Positions 1-12,293 of a stretch of DNA of 64,000 bases are shown here, in pieces (position 1 is the stretch's first letter; each line of letters begins with the position of its first letter). The stretch comes from Phoronis australis (taxonomy: Eukaryota > Animalia > Phoronida), in contig NMRA01000143.1 in the NCBI GenBank assembly GCA_002633005.1, forward strand, positions 749,402 to 813,401, given 5' to 3'. The notes beneath the pieces are model-generated. The model saw only the letters and a list, made by a program, of their open reading frames with translations, did no database searches and was not told the origin of the DNA. Position numbers and translations under genes: made by a program.

Positions 1-1077
1 AATTAGCTTCTTCTGTTTGGAAAACGCATTTTTATGAACAATTTTAATGTTGTTATTATGCAAGTGCAATTTTCTGATCGATGGTAAATCGCTGAGCATA
101 CCTGCTGTGACAGCAGTCAATGTATTATGAGATAGATCCAGAAAGTCAATGGCACCGGCATTTATCCAACCATCTTGAATTTCTGAGATGACGTTGTGAG
201 ATAAATCTAAGTCACCCACCAGGGGGATGCCGTGAAACACACCTCTGTTTAAGCGCTGGAGTCTGTTGCGGCTTAAAACCAACGTCTCCAATTGTAAAAT
301 AGGTTGAAACGACGCACGCCCTATGGCATTAATTTTGTTCCCCGAGAGCGTCAACGTTTGCAACTTTATAAGCCCAAAAAACGTGGAGTTGTGAAGTAAT
401 TCTATTTTGTTGTTCTCTAAGTCCAAGACAACCAACGACGTAAGACGTGCAAATGGGCTTCCAGGCAACGCAGTCAATTCATTCCGCTGCAACTCAAGCA
501 CCTTCAGTGTAGTCAAACTTTCCAAGTAATTCGTGTCAATAGTATGAATAACGTTCTTTCCCAAACTTAAGCGTGTGGCAGTGTGCTTAGACAGGCAGCA
601 AGGAATACGCAGAAGGCGATTTCCGTAAAATTGGACGGACTCCAAGGATGGCAGGTACGAGAGACAATTTGCTGGCAAAGACGAGATGTTATTTTCCTTC
701 ATGTTTAACCCACTTAGACTTGTAAGGCCTTCAAACGCTCTTACTGATACATAAGTTATATCATTTTTCGCCAGATCGAGATATCTCAAATATGTGAGGT
801 GAACGAATAGCCGGTTTGGAATATCGGTGAGATGGTTTTTATGAAGAAAAATGCTGCGAACACTCGACAAGTTGGTTGTTGGAGTCTCTAAAAAAGCATC
901 ATGTTCAATGCGACGTATGCCCATGTCACTTAAATTAACCATATACTTGACACCAGTCTTTCTCACGTCGTCTTTCGTTAATGTTGTGGTTGCGCTGTGC
1001 AGATTGAAGGGTTCGCACGAAATCGTTTTGCCACACGTGAAAGCGAGTGCGACTTTAAGCCATAAGGCTACCGCCAT
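1..1077 (-). CDS. Extracellular leucine-rich-repeat protein (SLIT/TLR-ectodomain-like LRRs), N-terminal 359 codons; runs off the window's left edge
   Basis: ATG at 1077 (AAGATGGCG). It reads MAVALWLKVALAFTCG (signal-peptide-like), then LRRs such as VRSIFLHKNHLTDIPNRLFVHLTYLRYLDLAKNDITYVSVRAFEGLTSLSGLNMKENNIS, and near position 1 LSDLPSIRKLHLHNNNIKIVHKNAFSKQ in the same frame. Absent from the ORF track because there is no stop codon inside the window. Confidence 0.9.
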   Translation of the reverse strand, partial: MAVALWLKVALAFTCGKTISCEPFNLHSATTTLTKDDVRKTGVKYMVNLSDMGIRRIEHDAFLETPTTNLSSVRSIFLHKNHLTDIPNRLFVHLTYLRYLDLAKNDITYVSVRAFEGLTSLSGLNMKENNISSLPANCLSYLPSLESVQFYGNRLLRIPCCLSKHTATRLSLGKNVIHTIDTNYLESLTTLKVLELQRNELTALPGSPFARLTSLVVLDLENNKIELLHNSTFFGLIKLQTLTLSGNKINAIGRASFQPILQLETLVLSRNRLQRLNRGVFHGIPLVGDLDLSHNVISEIQDGWINAGAIDFLDLSHNTLTAVTAGMLSDLPSIRKLHLHNNNIKIVHKNAFSKQKKLI

Positions 1078-1443
1078 CTTCGTTTCGCAGTCTTAGTTAT
1101 AACAATTCCAGAGTGTGTGCGTGTCGTTGACTCGACGCGCTGATAACTGAGAAACACGAACATAATTCCGAAATTTATTTCTTTGCCGTACAGGGTGAGC
1201 TAGGAAGTACACTGGTGCACATGAGGTTTGCAAACGAGACGGTTAAAACACCAGTTTATACCAATTTTTTGTCTATGATACATCACGACGAATCACGATC
1301 TTTGGTCTGCATAAGAAAACCCCCAATTCCATGCGATATCTAACAATAATCGCAGAACAAAGCGATGCCCCTGTGATCTGATGACCGTCTAGCCTACATT
1401 AGTCAAACTTTATTATGTCCATTTAAGACAAACAATGCGTAAC

Positions 1444-1611
1444 CAGGGGCGGATCCATGATTTTGAGTTTTTTTTTGGGGGGGGCAGGGCAACATATTAG
1501 CCAGGACTTTGCCCGTCAGGCATTCGCACCTCCAAACTGCCCAATGGAATCTGGGAGAATTTTAGGGTGGGGGGTATGGCCCCCTTGCCCCCCCCTCTAA
1601 ATCCGCCACTG
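1444..1611. mobile_element. GC-rich MITE, CAGGGGCGGAT...ATCCGCCACTG family, 5-bp TSD GTAAC
   Basis: Terminal inverted repeats; GTAAC at 1439-1443 and 1612-1616; homologous to 7415-7572 and 27867-28146. Confidence 0.85.
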
Positions 1612-1779
1612 GTAACCAAGAAAAATTGTAAAACAAAGACTCAGCAACTTTCAGACTTCAACAAAGATATTTTTAAAGCAAACCATCTAAATAAAACTAT
1701 TACTGAATTACGATAAGTCATTCCCCATTAATATAGACATCGACCTGCACGGTAAAACACCTAGGAACCATTTAACCGG

Positions 1780-1929
1780 GCATGCGTTCAGTAGCGCTAG
1801 GACCTACGCTAGGACCTAGCTAAAATGTAGCCAAAATCACGTGTTCTCATTGAAAATGCACGGCAATATCTCACGTAATCTCGCGAAGTCTTGCTTTATA
1901 GGGAGGTCCTAGCGTTACTGAACGGGAGG
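1780..1929 (+). mobile_element. ~150-bp MITE (CGTTCAGTA.CGCTAGGACCT terminal inverted repeats), copy 1
   Basis: TIRs GCATGCGTTCAGTAGCGCTAGGACCT / AGGTCCTAGCGTTACTGAACGGGAGG, flanked by CGG on both sides; close homologues at 7636-7787 (inverted) and 14325-14972 (interrupted). Confidence 0.85.
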
Positions 1930-3234
1930 CGGGTTTGACGAGATCCCGCAGGTCATCGTGAAACATTTTCACGCATCACTGTACAAAATCCCCGTGGACT
2001 CGTTATTTTAAACTACTGAGTATACTTTGGTTAACGCACGAGTGAATTGTTAAAACTCTGCACGCTACCAGCGAGTTACCACGTACGTGTTAGGCCTATA
2101 TGGCCATGTCGAAACTGTGGACTCGTGTCGGATCCACCATCTTGAATATTTATTAAGTAATGTCACAATATAACTCACTTCACTTTTTCACATAAATGCA
2201 GTAAGGTAGGTTGTCTTCTACTGGTCCGACTATCTTTGCGTACAGTGTACTTTTGATGACTTCGGTCACAGGAGGGCGCTGCGACCAGGTCCGATGAACG
2301 TGAGTTTGCATTAGTGGCATCATCGTGAACAAATTCCCCTGCGCTGACCACACGAAAACTGTGGGTATGGCGGGAGGTTAGGATCATGCGATATCTTCAT
2401 CCACTTGAATCAAATGTTTAATTTGACTTTTCCGCTGCACCTAATGCCTTTGAATTTAATCGCAATTAATGAATTCCTTATCTCTGTTAACTTTCTGCAG
2501 TAGAAAGTACTCCAGCTTCCACTTCTATTGCACATTCGGAACAGACTTGAGTAGATGCCGTATTTTTAGAATTGGTATGTAAATGACATGATATATTGTA
2601 TGGCAACAAAATAGTAATTTCAAGTAGTAAAATATTTGCCCATATATTTTAAGGATGTATTAAGCTCACTTTTTGTAGGATTAAAATAGTGACTAAATGG
2701 TTGTTGTAATGTAGATGTGCAGCTGTTTTGTTACTTTCTGTAACTTTCAGTTTCTCTGTCTATTATCAAGACTCAACAGACAGAGCCTAGGAGAAATGAT
2801 ACCATCATGTCTCCAATTACTCGGCTCTACACCACGGATGTATGCAACAAGTTAATATGCGTTATTCCGATTGCAGAGGTCTTCGCCATTTTGCAATCAG
2901 GACCCACTTTGTTAAATATCTCACTTGTCATTTAAATAAGATATTTGTGAAATTTTGTTCGTTTAGAATAATTTGAAATTGAATTTTGCTGTTGTGGAGG
3001 TATTTTTCATTTTCTCTTTATGTTTTTAAAATACCTGTCTAGAGATAAATACTAAAAACTATCGATATAAACAGACTATTCAACGCAGACGAGAAGCATT
3101 TATAAAAGGAACAATTTATTGAGGACAAATAAAACAACAAGAATAATATATATTAAAGTTGCATTGGGAATTTCAGGGTCACAGCTCTACAAATAAATAT
3201 TTCACAGAAGGAACCAGATGGGTTCCTTAATTAC

Positions 3235-3480
3235 AAGAGATAAATAACACTCGCATTCACGATACCCAATGTGTAATTGAGTATCGGATACTAAGTGGCA
3301 GAGGTTAGCATTGTAGCAAATGGGTACATAATACCAAATGGGTATTGGCCGATTGCCTACCAAGTGGGTCGAGCAAAACGGCAAATTCAATAACAAGTAC
3401 CAAATGGGTACAAACTGCTAAATGGGCAAATATCATATAAAGTACCGAGTGGGTACACCAAACAGCCAACTGGGCTATAA
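3235..3480 (+). repeat. Degenerate array of ACCAAATGGGTA-like motifs
   Basis: About 10 imperfect copies (accagatgggtt, agcaaatgggta, accaaatgggta, accaagtgggtc, accgagtgggta) at irregular spacing. Confidence 0.5.
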
Positions 3481-5302
3481 CAAACTGCAAAGCAGGTTCC
3501 GGACAAGCTGAGTGAGCAGACCAGCCGGAGCGATAAAAAAGATATTGTAAGGAACGTAGTGTTGTACCTCAGTATGTGCCACATGGGCAGGTTTTTTCAT
3601 GGATGAAAAATCACTATGTCGGATGAAGGCAAATCGTAGCTATACGTATGAGTAGTTATGCATGACTAATCGTCAAACACATATCTATAAAGCTTTGCAG
3701 TAGCGATAGGTTTCTCGAGATCTTAAGGTACTACAAATCGTCTGAAAATCCTTAGAATTTTACGTTGCCCCTACCAAGTTGTTTTCACTACTGTCAGTGA
3801 CAGTCCGAGACTTATTATTAGGGAGGAGTTTGCGCACGACCTGTCCTGTACTGCAAGTGTGATCGTAGCAATGCACATGGTAGGTTTTATTGCAAGAATA
3901 CGTTTGACGCACGTGTCAGCCAGTTTTCATGAATGCATGTAGTGGTGGTGAGTTTATTTCATGCCATAGAAACACAAAATTAGCTAAAATACAATACTGA
4001 ATTGGGGAAGTCCCTGCGAAAGACTTTACAGCCCGCTAACCCTTGGTCACATGTGGGTGATTTATACTCCAACGAGTTTCTGATGACTCTTCCACCCCAT
4101 TTTCCACATTATCAAGCAACTTTTCTCATCGAATTGGTTGGTTTTGGGAAACAATATCGTGAAGCAAAATTTACGAAATGTGTCACACCAAACGACGTCA
4201 CGCCAAAAACCTGTCCATCACGATCAAGTTTTAATGAGGTTGTTGTTTGCGATGTTCTCAGAATCTATTTCTTGCATAAACCTTATAACTTTTGTAGCAA
4301 CAACAGAAAGTTTGTCCTGCGGTCAATATCTACATACTGCAATACATGTTATACATGTAGCTCTGACAGTTAAGAAACATCTGAAACAGGAATCTAATCT
4401 TTCTACTTGTCTTTCCCGTTCCACTCACTCAGTGCAAAGTCAAGACAAGCGTTTGTTATTCTGTGCACAAGTACTCTTCGTGGTTTATGGAAACGAATTT
4501 CCAGTTCAGGCTCAAATATGATCTGGATTTGAGCTAAGAACACGGGGTTTGAAGCTAAAGTTCAATGTGTCGAGTTCAGACCCGACTTTTCAGCCTCAAT
4601 GGTGGGGACTGAAAGTTTTAACTAGGAGTTACCCAAGTAAGCCATTACGTACTAGCGCACAACATGCGCGCACCCATGGGGGGAGTCTCGGAGGGCTCGA
4701 ACGGTGAAGTGGGCAAAAGGTACGCCTCAGGGAAACAAAAAGCCTTGAGAATGAAACACGTATGTTGCGAAATAATGTCTGTCTTTTAATTATGTCGCTA
4801 GGTCAGTTACTTTATCTACATGTATGTTCAGTTGAGAGTAGTTTTGTTCCGCAGGTATGAACGTAACGGAATAAAGACTGTGAACAATGAAAAGTGTCGT
4901 GCGTTTAACAAATTATGTATTTCTAGTTCCATCAACTTAACTTTAATTTTATGTCTGCTTTCTCATCGTCCCTTTTGACCTTTCTTTTTCTAGGGAACTT
5001 ATTTTACGCCGCCACTGAGGATTCTGCGTTTCCCCCGGACTGCCCCCTTGGAAAAGAGCAACCCCTGCCCCCTGTTGTTCCACTAGTGCAGTATTTGTCG
5101 TCACCATTTCCGCTCCACAGCCACCATGTTCAACCACGGTCGCAAGAATTTCCGACTACACTCTCTGGTCACATTTTTGTTGGGAAATGATTAAAGCTGC
5201 ACTTCAACCTAAGTAAGTGGCCAAAAACCGAACATGGATTTAGGCTGTTGCATCTTTAAAAATCGACCTCGTAATACACGTATTTCTCAAGTGATAGGAA
5301 AC

Positions 5303-5510
5303 TGATACCAAGTTCACCGTGTGAGCCCAAGGACATGTCAGTATTATGGAGCACAAAGTTGTGTTATACCATGTTCACTGTGTGAGCCCAGGGATAATTT
5401 AAGTAATATGGAACAAAAAGTTGTGTTACCATTCGCAAGTTCTCTGTCTGAACCCAAGTACAAAGTACGGTAATATGAGGCACCGAGTTGTGTTATACCA
5501 TGTTCATTGC
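5303..5510 (+). repeat. Degenerate ~62-bp tandem repeat, ~3.3 copies
   Basis: Recurring TATACCATGTTCACTGTGTGAGCCCA...GTAATATGGA.CA.AAAGTTGTGT units. Confidence 0.75.
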
Positions 5511-7313
5511 AGACGAAACTTTAATATTAATTAGAATTTTCTACATTATTGGAGTTTTGAATTGAATCCTAAAATTTCAATGTATTTCTTTAGTTTGCAG
5601 AGATGAAATTAAAGTAGTTTGAACAGTGAATTGTGAAGTTGATGAACTAATATCATTTTCATTTATTCATATTGTGACGTTGTTCATGGCGATTCATTTT
5701 CAGCGATATCCTTTTGACATTTGCCGTCTAGTCGTAGCGACTTGTGAATTTTAAGTGTCTGGGTGAAACGTGCATAAACTGAGCTCTGTTTGTGGTTTGA
5801 TGAAAGGTCAGTCACGATGCACTTCCAGTATAAAGCGCTGGTTGTAGCTCTCACACTGGCTGCAGAAGTCGTACCAAACAATCAACATTTATCACGCTTG
5901 GCCCATGGTATTATAAATTATCAATTACGTGTCGTAAAATGATTGAAGTTATAGCGAAAATCAAAAAAAGTTAATTGACTTAATTATTCTCCTCCCGTTG
6001 TATCCGTTGGCCTAAGACGTCCTTCCATTAAAAAGATGTTTTTCAGCTAAGAACCTTTGTTCAATACTCTTCATTATAATTAAAATCGGAGCAAATTGAT
6101 TTTTAAAGCAAACCAGCATTACTAAAGCATATTCTCAAGCGATACCCGTTCTTTATGACGCCATATCTTCAAGAAAAAACAGAACAATACTCATAGTAAC
6201 TTTGGGATGCAACTGAATGATTTAAAAATCCTCGATTACTTTTCCACTGAAAGACTGCCAAAATACTCCGTGGCATGCTATCCATAGGAGTACATTATCA
6301 TTGTCTACCTTTTCGTGATCAGGTTTGTGATCAACAAGTTTTGAAACGGTAAAAACCTTTAGAGGTTCTTATTGTCTACCAGCCAGAAACGAGCACGCGC
6401 AGCAGACGTTTTTTAAAACTGCATCTACCTCGAGTACCAGAGGTTTTTATGGATTCTCAGTCTATGACGGGCCAAAGTTGTTTTAATGAACAGTCCTCTC
6501 TACTTCTTAACATATACTGTATGACGGTTTAGTCCATATGAACTGCGTGTTTACAGCAGACGTGCAATTTAAAAAGTAGATGGGGGAAATACTTCATTTA
6601 ATCTTACAAAGACAGTAAACTGTCAGGTAACTGTACTCACGAAGAGTTCTCTAACAGCCCAGAGTGCACTGGCTGTGTCACGAAAAATGTGTCCCAAGCT
6701 CGTCGGGAGAATCCAGCTATAGTAAGATAGTCATTAGTAAATCCACCTCAGAGGTAAGCCACGGCACATTTGTAGTTTCCATAGGGAAATGAAGACTTTA
6801 GTCGAGTTCAAACGGCACACATCCTCACATTTACCATTCATAGAATGTTTTCATAGACGCCCTCTTGTGAGTTTTTAGTACATTATCCGGCAGAGCTGGG
6901 GGGAGGTGGCGTGGGGGGGGGGGGGCAAATTCAGTGCTAGGGCACCAATCTAACAGGATATCAATTTATACCTTGTATTTGTTCGTGGTAAGCCGTGTAA
7001 CCTGCATTTGTTAGCAAACGATAAGCAATCCACGTGAAGCGAGTCTTGCTAACTCTTACGGCGAGAGATGGGTAGAAATTATTGACAGCAAAAAGAAAAC
7101 TGGATTTAAAATAAATCATCGAACAATGTCTGTATTTATTATTAGTGTCAGTACACTTATAAGCACAATTTATATGCCATGGAAAGAAACGCTCCTATCC
7201 TTAAGTGGGAGACTCACTCCACATCACATTTTCGAGCCATGTAGCTCTCGAGTGAATTACACCTAGACTTGATTATCCGGAAATGACGTGGACGGGTTGA
7301 TCTATTAAACAAT

Positions 7314-7373
7314 CGCGTGGCTCAGCGGTTTGAGTTCCGGACTCCCGTTTGGGAGTCTCGGGTTCGAATCTTG
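7314..7373 (+). mobile_element. tRNA-derived SINE head or tRNA pseudogene
   Basis: A-box-like TGGCTCAGCGG with a CTCA/TGAG D-stem and B-box GGTTCGAATC; no acceptor stem or canonical anticodon loop. Confidence 0.55.
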
Positions 7374-7414
7374 TCTTTACTGGCTGACAATCAAGCATTG
7401 CGCAAAGGTGTCTC

Positions 7415-7572
7415 CAGGGGCGGATCCAGGATTTTGTGTCAGGGGGGCCAGGACAGAGTATTAGCCAGGATTTTTCCCGTCAGACATTCGCATTCCTCGA
7501 AATGCCAAATGGAATGTGGGAGAATTGTAGGGGGAGGGCATGGCCCCCTTGACCCCTCTAAGTCCGCCACTG
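7415..7572. mobile_element. GC-rich MITE, CAGGGGCGGAT family, 5-bp TSD GTCTC
   Basis: TIRs CAGGGGCGGA / TCCGCCACTG; GTCTC at 7410-7414 and 7573-7577; internal homology to 1444-1611. Confidence 0.85.
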
Positions 7573-7635
7573 GTCTCCTACTCCTCTGAGCTGGGCCTTT
7601 GTAGTGAGAGTATGCAAGGGAGTGACTGGTGACCT

Positions 7636-7787
7636 GCCTCCCGTTCAGTAACGCTAGGACCTCGCTAAAAAGCAAGACTTCGCTAGATTACGTGAGATAT
7701 TGCCGTGCGTTTTAAATGAGAGCACGTGACTTTGGCTAGGCTTTAGCTAGGTCCTAGCGTAGGTCCTAGCCGCTACTGAACGCACGC
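7636..7787 (-). mobile_element. ~150-bp MITE, copy 2 (inverted relative to 1780-1929)
   Basis: The reverse complement aligns end to end with 1780-1929. Confidence 0.85.
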
Positions 7788-10119
7788 CAGGATATGTTGC
7801 GAAAGCGATTTCTTAGGCTGTGCCCATACTATTATCTAAGAATCGCATATTCCCTAGTAAGAGTGAAAGGAGTCCAGTGTTTAAACGAATGGCAGCGAAG
7901 CCCATAACGTAGAGACAAGCCCAGGAGAGCTCAAAACAAAGAATAGGTGCGAGACGAATGATGTACAGGAGTGATTTGTATATTTAACTGAGAAAGCAAT
8001 ACCTATGTTGAACACTAGAGAATAAATCAACAAGTGAATAAATGTATTATGTAGTGTCAATAGGAATTTCAAATGTCCGTTTACTACTAACACAGGTAAA
8101 CAACGATTCACTTCATGAGAAAGTGAAGTAAAGGTGCAAACATGATAAGTCTCATAACTTTTGACATCCTAGCTAGTTGCTACATTAGTTTTCAAATAAA
8201 AGGGGTGACGTTGAAATTTGACGAAGTTTTGAAGCACCACTAGCAACGTTTAAATTCTTGCGTCTGGAACCTGTGTCAGTTCTTCATCGGTTTCTACAAA
8301 ATATCAATAGGTCATACTCCACGCATAAATAAGCAATTGGTGACTGCAAAACACCACGTTAAGCTATGAATAAAATTGCAAACACTGCTACTTTATCCCC
8401 ACAAAATTTTGCTACTAAATAATTCTTGTAAGATATTTGTAGAATCTTGCGAGGTATCTTCAGTCTATTTTTACAACTGTAGTACGTTTGTATATGGTAC
8501 TAGACAATCGCAACATTTCCATTGAAACGTCATTGCTTGGAATACTGGACTGCAAGACATTTTTGGGAATATAAAATCCCGTGGATTTTTCGCCGTATCC
8601 AGCTTAATGTTTTTAAAATGGAAATAACACGATCACAGAAGCATGATATAGTGACTAATTGTATCCTGGAAGGGATGTACTCAAATACGAAAAGCTCCTT
8701 GACATTTTATGATCTAAGCTAAAACTCCTGAGATGTCTAAATGATTAAAATTCGTTAAGTGCTCTCCAGAAATTTGTTAATTTTTTAAAACTAATGGGAA
8801 AGCTCATGTGTAAGTACACACGTACTAATTAAATCCACAAGTAAGTTCCAAGGTGTTCTGCTACCTTGTTCTTGTTAAAGATCGAACGCGGTTGTCCATG
8901 TCTCCCCCCTTAAGGAAATGGAATGCGTTGTCAGCAGGTACTTGTCGACCATAATAGCCATAGCTTGTTTCCGTTCGGTTTTGAGTTTGCCATGCGCAGG
9001 GCGCGCGCCCTCGCAAGTTGGAGAACAGAATTAGCAAGCCGATTTTTTAAATTGCGCTGTTTGATGAACGGATGATGATAAAATGTAGACTTGTCTTAAA
9101 ATAATCAACAAATGGCGAAAACACCTCTTGATATTTAATTATGCCACCAGTACGTGAATGTGAACTTCGTGAATACGTGACCTATCAAGTACCAACAACG
9201 CTGGCATTTTACGATGCGTTAAAAAATTAAGCAGACCAAGGTTCTGTAGTTCACAAGAAGATAATGAGTTTGTGGCAAATCCGAATATGTTTGGAAGGTC
9301 ATAATTGCTACCTTGTGACACACCAGTCATATCTTTAAAAAATGTTGTTTATTTCAAGCCTTACACTTGCGCGAGAAACTGGCGTTAATTGGTTTGTTAA
9401 CTCTATCAAGTTAAATGTTCAAGATGGTAGATAACCGGTGGGCTCTAGTGTTGACTGTCGAAGCTGCTTTCTATAAGAGGCCGAAAACGTAAAACTTCAA
9501 CAATTTGTTGTTTTAAAATGGAGTCTTAATGGGAAAATGTGACAGGCAGGTACATCTACGGATAACCGTCTGTCTGAAGAGAGCACAGCGGTTATCTCAC
9601 TGACGTGTACTGGGAACGTCGGTTTCTTGATGAAAAACTATATTTGTAGTGCTTCAAATTCGCCACCATTGTCTCAAGTCCTGGTGTGGTGGAAGGACAA
9701 GGGGTGCCCAGGGAGCATAGAGAACGCCTTCATAGTTGAACACTTTAGCGCATCTTGGGTCAGAAGTCATCCAAATGCCAATAGGGGTAGATACGCAAAT
9801 GCCAATAGGGGTAGGTACGGAGAGTCTCTGACGAGGACATGTAGTGATCGCATATTTAGAAAAAAAACTACATATCTAATACAAAATGTAACATTCAACT
9901 TTCCTCGTACTTGATGTCGGTTATTGTTGTACAGCGCACGCAGTGGACCAAATCACGCTGATGAACGTCTCATATAGAGCTTCGCAGCACGCCCATCATC
10001 ACGGTCTTCCCGCTTAAATCAGCTATCAGCAGGAAATAACTATATGGTTTTATAACTGTGCCGTTATAAATGAGGGCACTGATATGGTATAAGTAAGAAC
10101 CATTAGTCCTCTTACACGC

Positions 10120-10220
10120 CATATTTGGTCACATCACGTGACCTATTGTCAAGTGTGAACAAATCTCTATCCCTACCGGGGCGCGAACCCATGACTACAC
10201 GGTTTGATAACTAGTGTTCA
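10120..10220 (-). mobile_element. Degenerate tRNA-derived SINE fragment
   Basis: Minus strand reads GTCATGGGTTCGCGCCCCGGTAGGGA (B-box/T-arm-like); no A-box is clear. Confidence 0.3.
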
Positions 10221-11466
10221 GGCTTGTAATGGGTATAATAAAGTTTGTTAAATGTGAACAATTTCCTCAGAAGTCAAAAGAACCTATGCGAAAATATCTT
10301 AGAAATATCCCATAACGTAGAATTGTCGTGAGGACTTGACAAGGACCTCAGGGTTCCCACACTCCGCTGATTTATCCACATTATTTTTAAAACGCTTTGT
10401 CCAGTCAAACATTGTGTGTCATAAAAGAGATTAGCATACCTACAGCTGACGTAGCAAGTAGAACTACTCTGGTTTATCACATTGGTGTAGACTCACAGTT
10501 GACTCAACTGTTGAACTGTGGTTTTCTGTTGACCCCAGACCGTCCCGAGTTGCACCATATACATGTACCAACTCCGGACGGTCTCTCACGACGATTTAGC
10601 GTTATGCAGTGCTTATTAAAATTGGTCACGTTTACTGCATAACGTTAGACCTTTTTTTCGATCTCAGATGAGTTTTGGGGCGAGAAAAATAGCCTTTCAT
10701 TTTTTATAAGCAACTAGAAAAATTATACGCAAGAAAGACCGATGGATGTACATGAAAAAAAGAATTACAGAGGAAAGTTTTTTGTTCTTTCCCAGAATAA
10801 CTCAGTTTACTGTATTTTCTCATGCAGTGAATCGTAAAGCGACAACAATCTCTTCGATCTTTACGTCACAAAAAACTAGCTTTTGATTTAAGCCACTCAC
10901 CAATACGTAACTGGCCCAATTTCTTTATCCTAGTTACATGTGATCTCTGTGCCAGGGAGTCCTAACACTTTGCTAATGGTTGAAACCAAGATCCGCAAGT
11001 TGGCTTAATTTGTAAGAGCGGTCATTTAATGTGCCGCGCACGGCATCAAACAATAACCCAAGTGCTGTTATGTTAATGAACCCAGAAATCACTTCTTATC
11101 TCAGTTAAGAACCAGTTGAGTTTAGTTTTATAACGCTAAGTTATATTAAATCAAAAGTTAGTCTCTTTAACAGAGCACAAGTTGACAACCCAATGTTCCA
11201 AAAATGTCTAAGGCAGTGTCACACTGTACTTGATGCTACATGTATGATATAGCCTACCCACCATATCTGTAAAGGAGCAACTTTACTAGGAATATTGCTA
11301 TATGATGAATTTGGTGTACTATTTGTGGATCGAGTGCATAGACGTGAGACGGGGGATATAGCACCCATCCTGGCCTTCGACTAATTAGATAGTGACTATG
11401 CAATCGTTTGACCACAATCTCGGGTATTAACCTGACTCAATTTACTAAGTACATGCATATAGTACA

Positions 11467-12293
11467 CTACACAGGGGACTCTCTGTCCCGTGTGTTGGTT
11501 AATTCCCAATATTCTGATGATACTAGTGGTGTATGCGAAGTGTCCACATTTTTATTGACGTCATCACTAAGAGTCGAGATCCCACTGACGCCATCAGATT
11601 TTGTGCACGGATTGAACTTAGCGTCGGGATTATCATCACAGTTTGCTTCGTTGGAAGAATTCTTGCTAGTGCCCAGCAGTCTTGAGGATCTTGACAGACA
11701 CCCGTCACTGATACTATTCTGTATGCTGCTCTTACGATAAGAGTTCGTAGACAAACGGGGCTCAAAAGGTCTGTGTTGAGAGAGAATATCACTTTCTGGT
11801 TCCGTTATTAACGCCTTTAACACAGAAGACGTCTTTCTAGTTCGTTCTGTTTTTCTCTCCTTGCCTCTGTCTTTCTCATCCTTTCGACCAAAAGTAAAGG
11901 GGGAAACGGTCCGTTTTGGCGAAGACGTCCGTCTGAATGGAAAATCCACAATCGGCACTGTCAAAGAAAATTTTCTTTTAGCAGTGGTGCTTTTTAATAT
12001 GCTCTCAGTTTCTGGTTCAGATCCCTCGTCTTCACTAACCAAGGGTGTGTTCTGTTTAATGATTTCCTCCATGGTTTGCAGATCGTTTTCTAAGTCCTTC
12101 CTTGTTGACACGATGCTAGCATCTTTGCCTAGTTTAGTGACGCGTTTTGCTGCGATGCTTTCCATAGTTCTGCGCATGAGCGGGTAATTGTCCAGAACCT
12201 TTTCAAAGTGGTCCTTATGAAGCGAGAAGACAAAACAGTATCCCACGGCTCGTACGGTAGCTACGCGCCTCTCTTTGGTCAATAGGCAGATCT
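11467..12293 (-). CDS. HCN: HCN coding exon 9 (phosphate-binding cassette, B/C helices, long C-terminal tail, stop)
   Basis: cttgtag|AG; [24 protein letters not shown]...[18 protein letters not shown]...RESPV*. Confidence 0.95.

Noticed and set aside
5195-5255. Tiny TTAA-flanked Kolobok-like MITE
   Set aside because: TIR match is short and imperfect and there is a single copy; could be chance.
7314-7373. Functional tRNA gene (also 26418-26490)
   Set aside because: A/B boxes are present but there is no paired acceptor stem or canonical anticodon arm.
11408-12187. Plus-strand ORFs over HCN exons (also 38330-39230, 17644-17844, and 851-1096 over the LRR gene)
   Set aside because: Antisense shadows of real coding exons with no recognisable domains.
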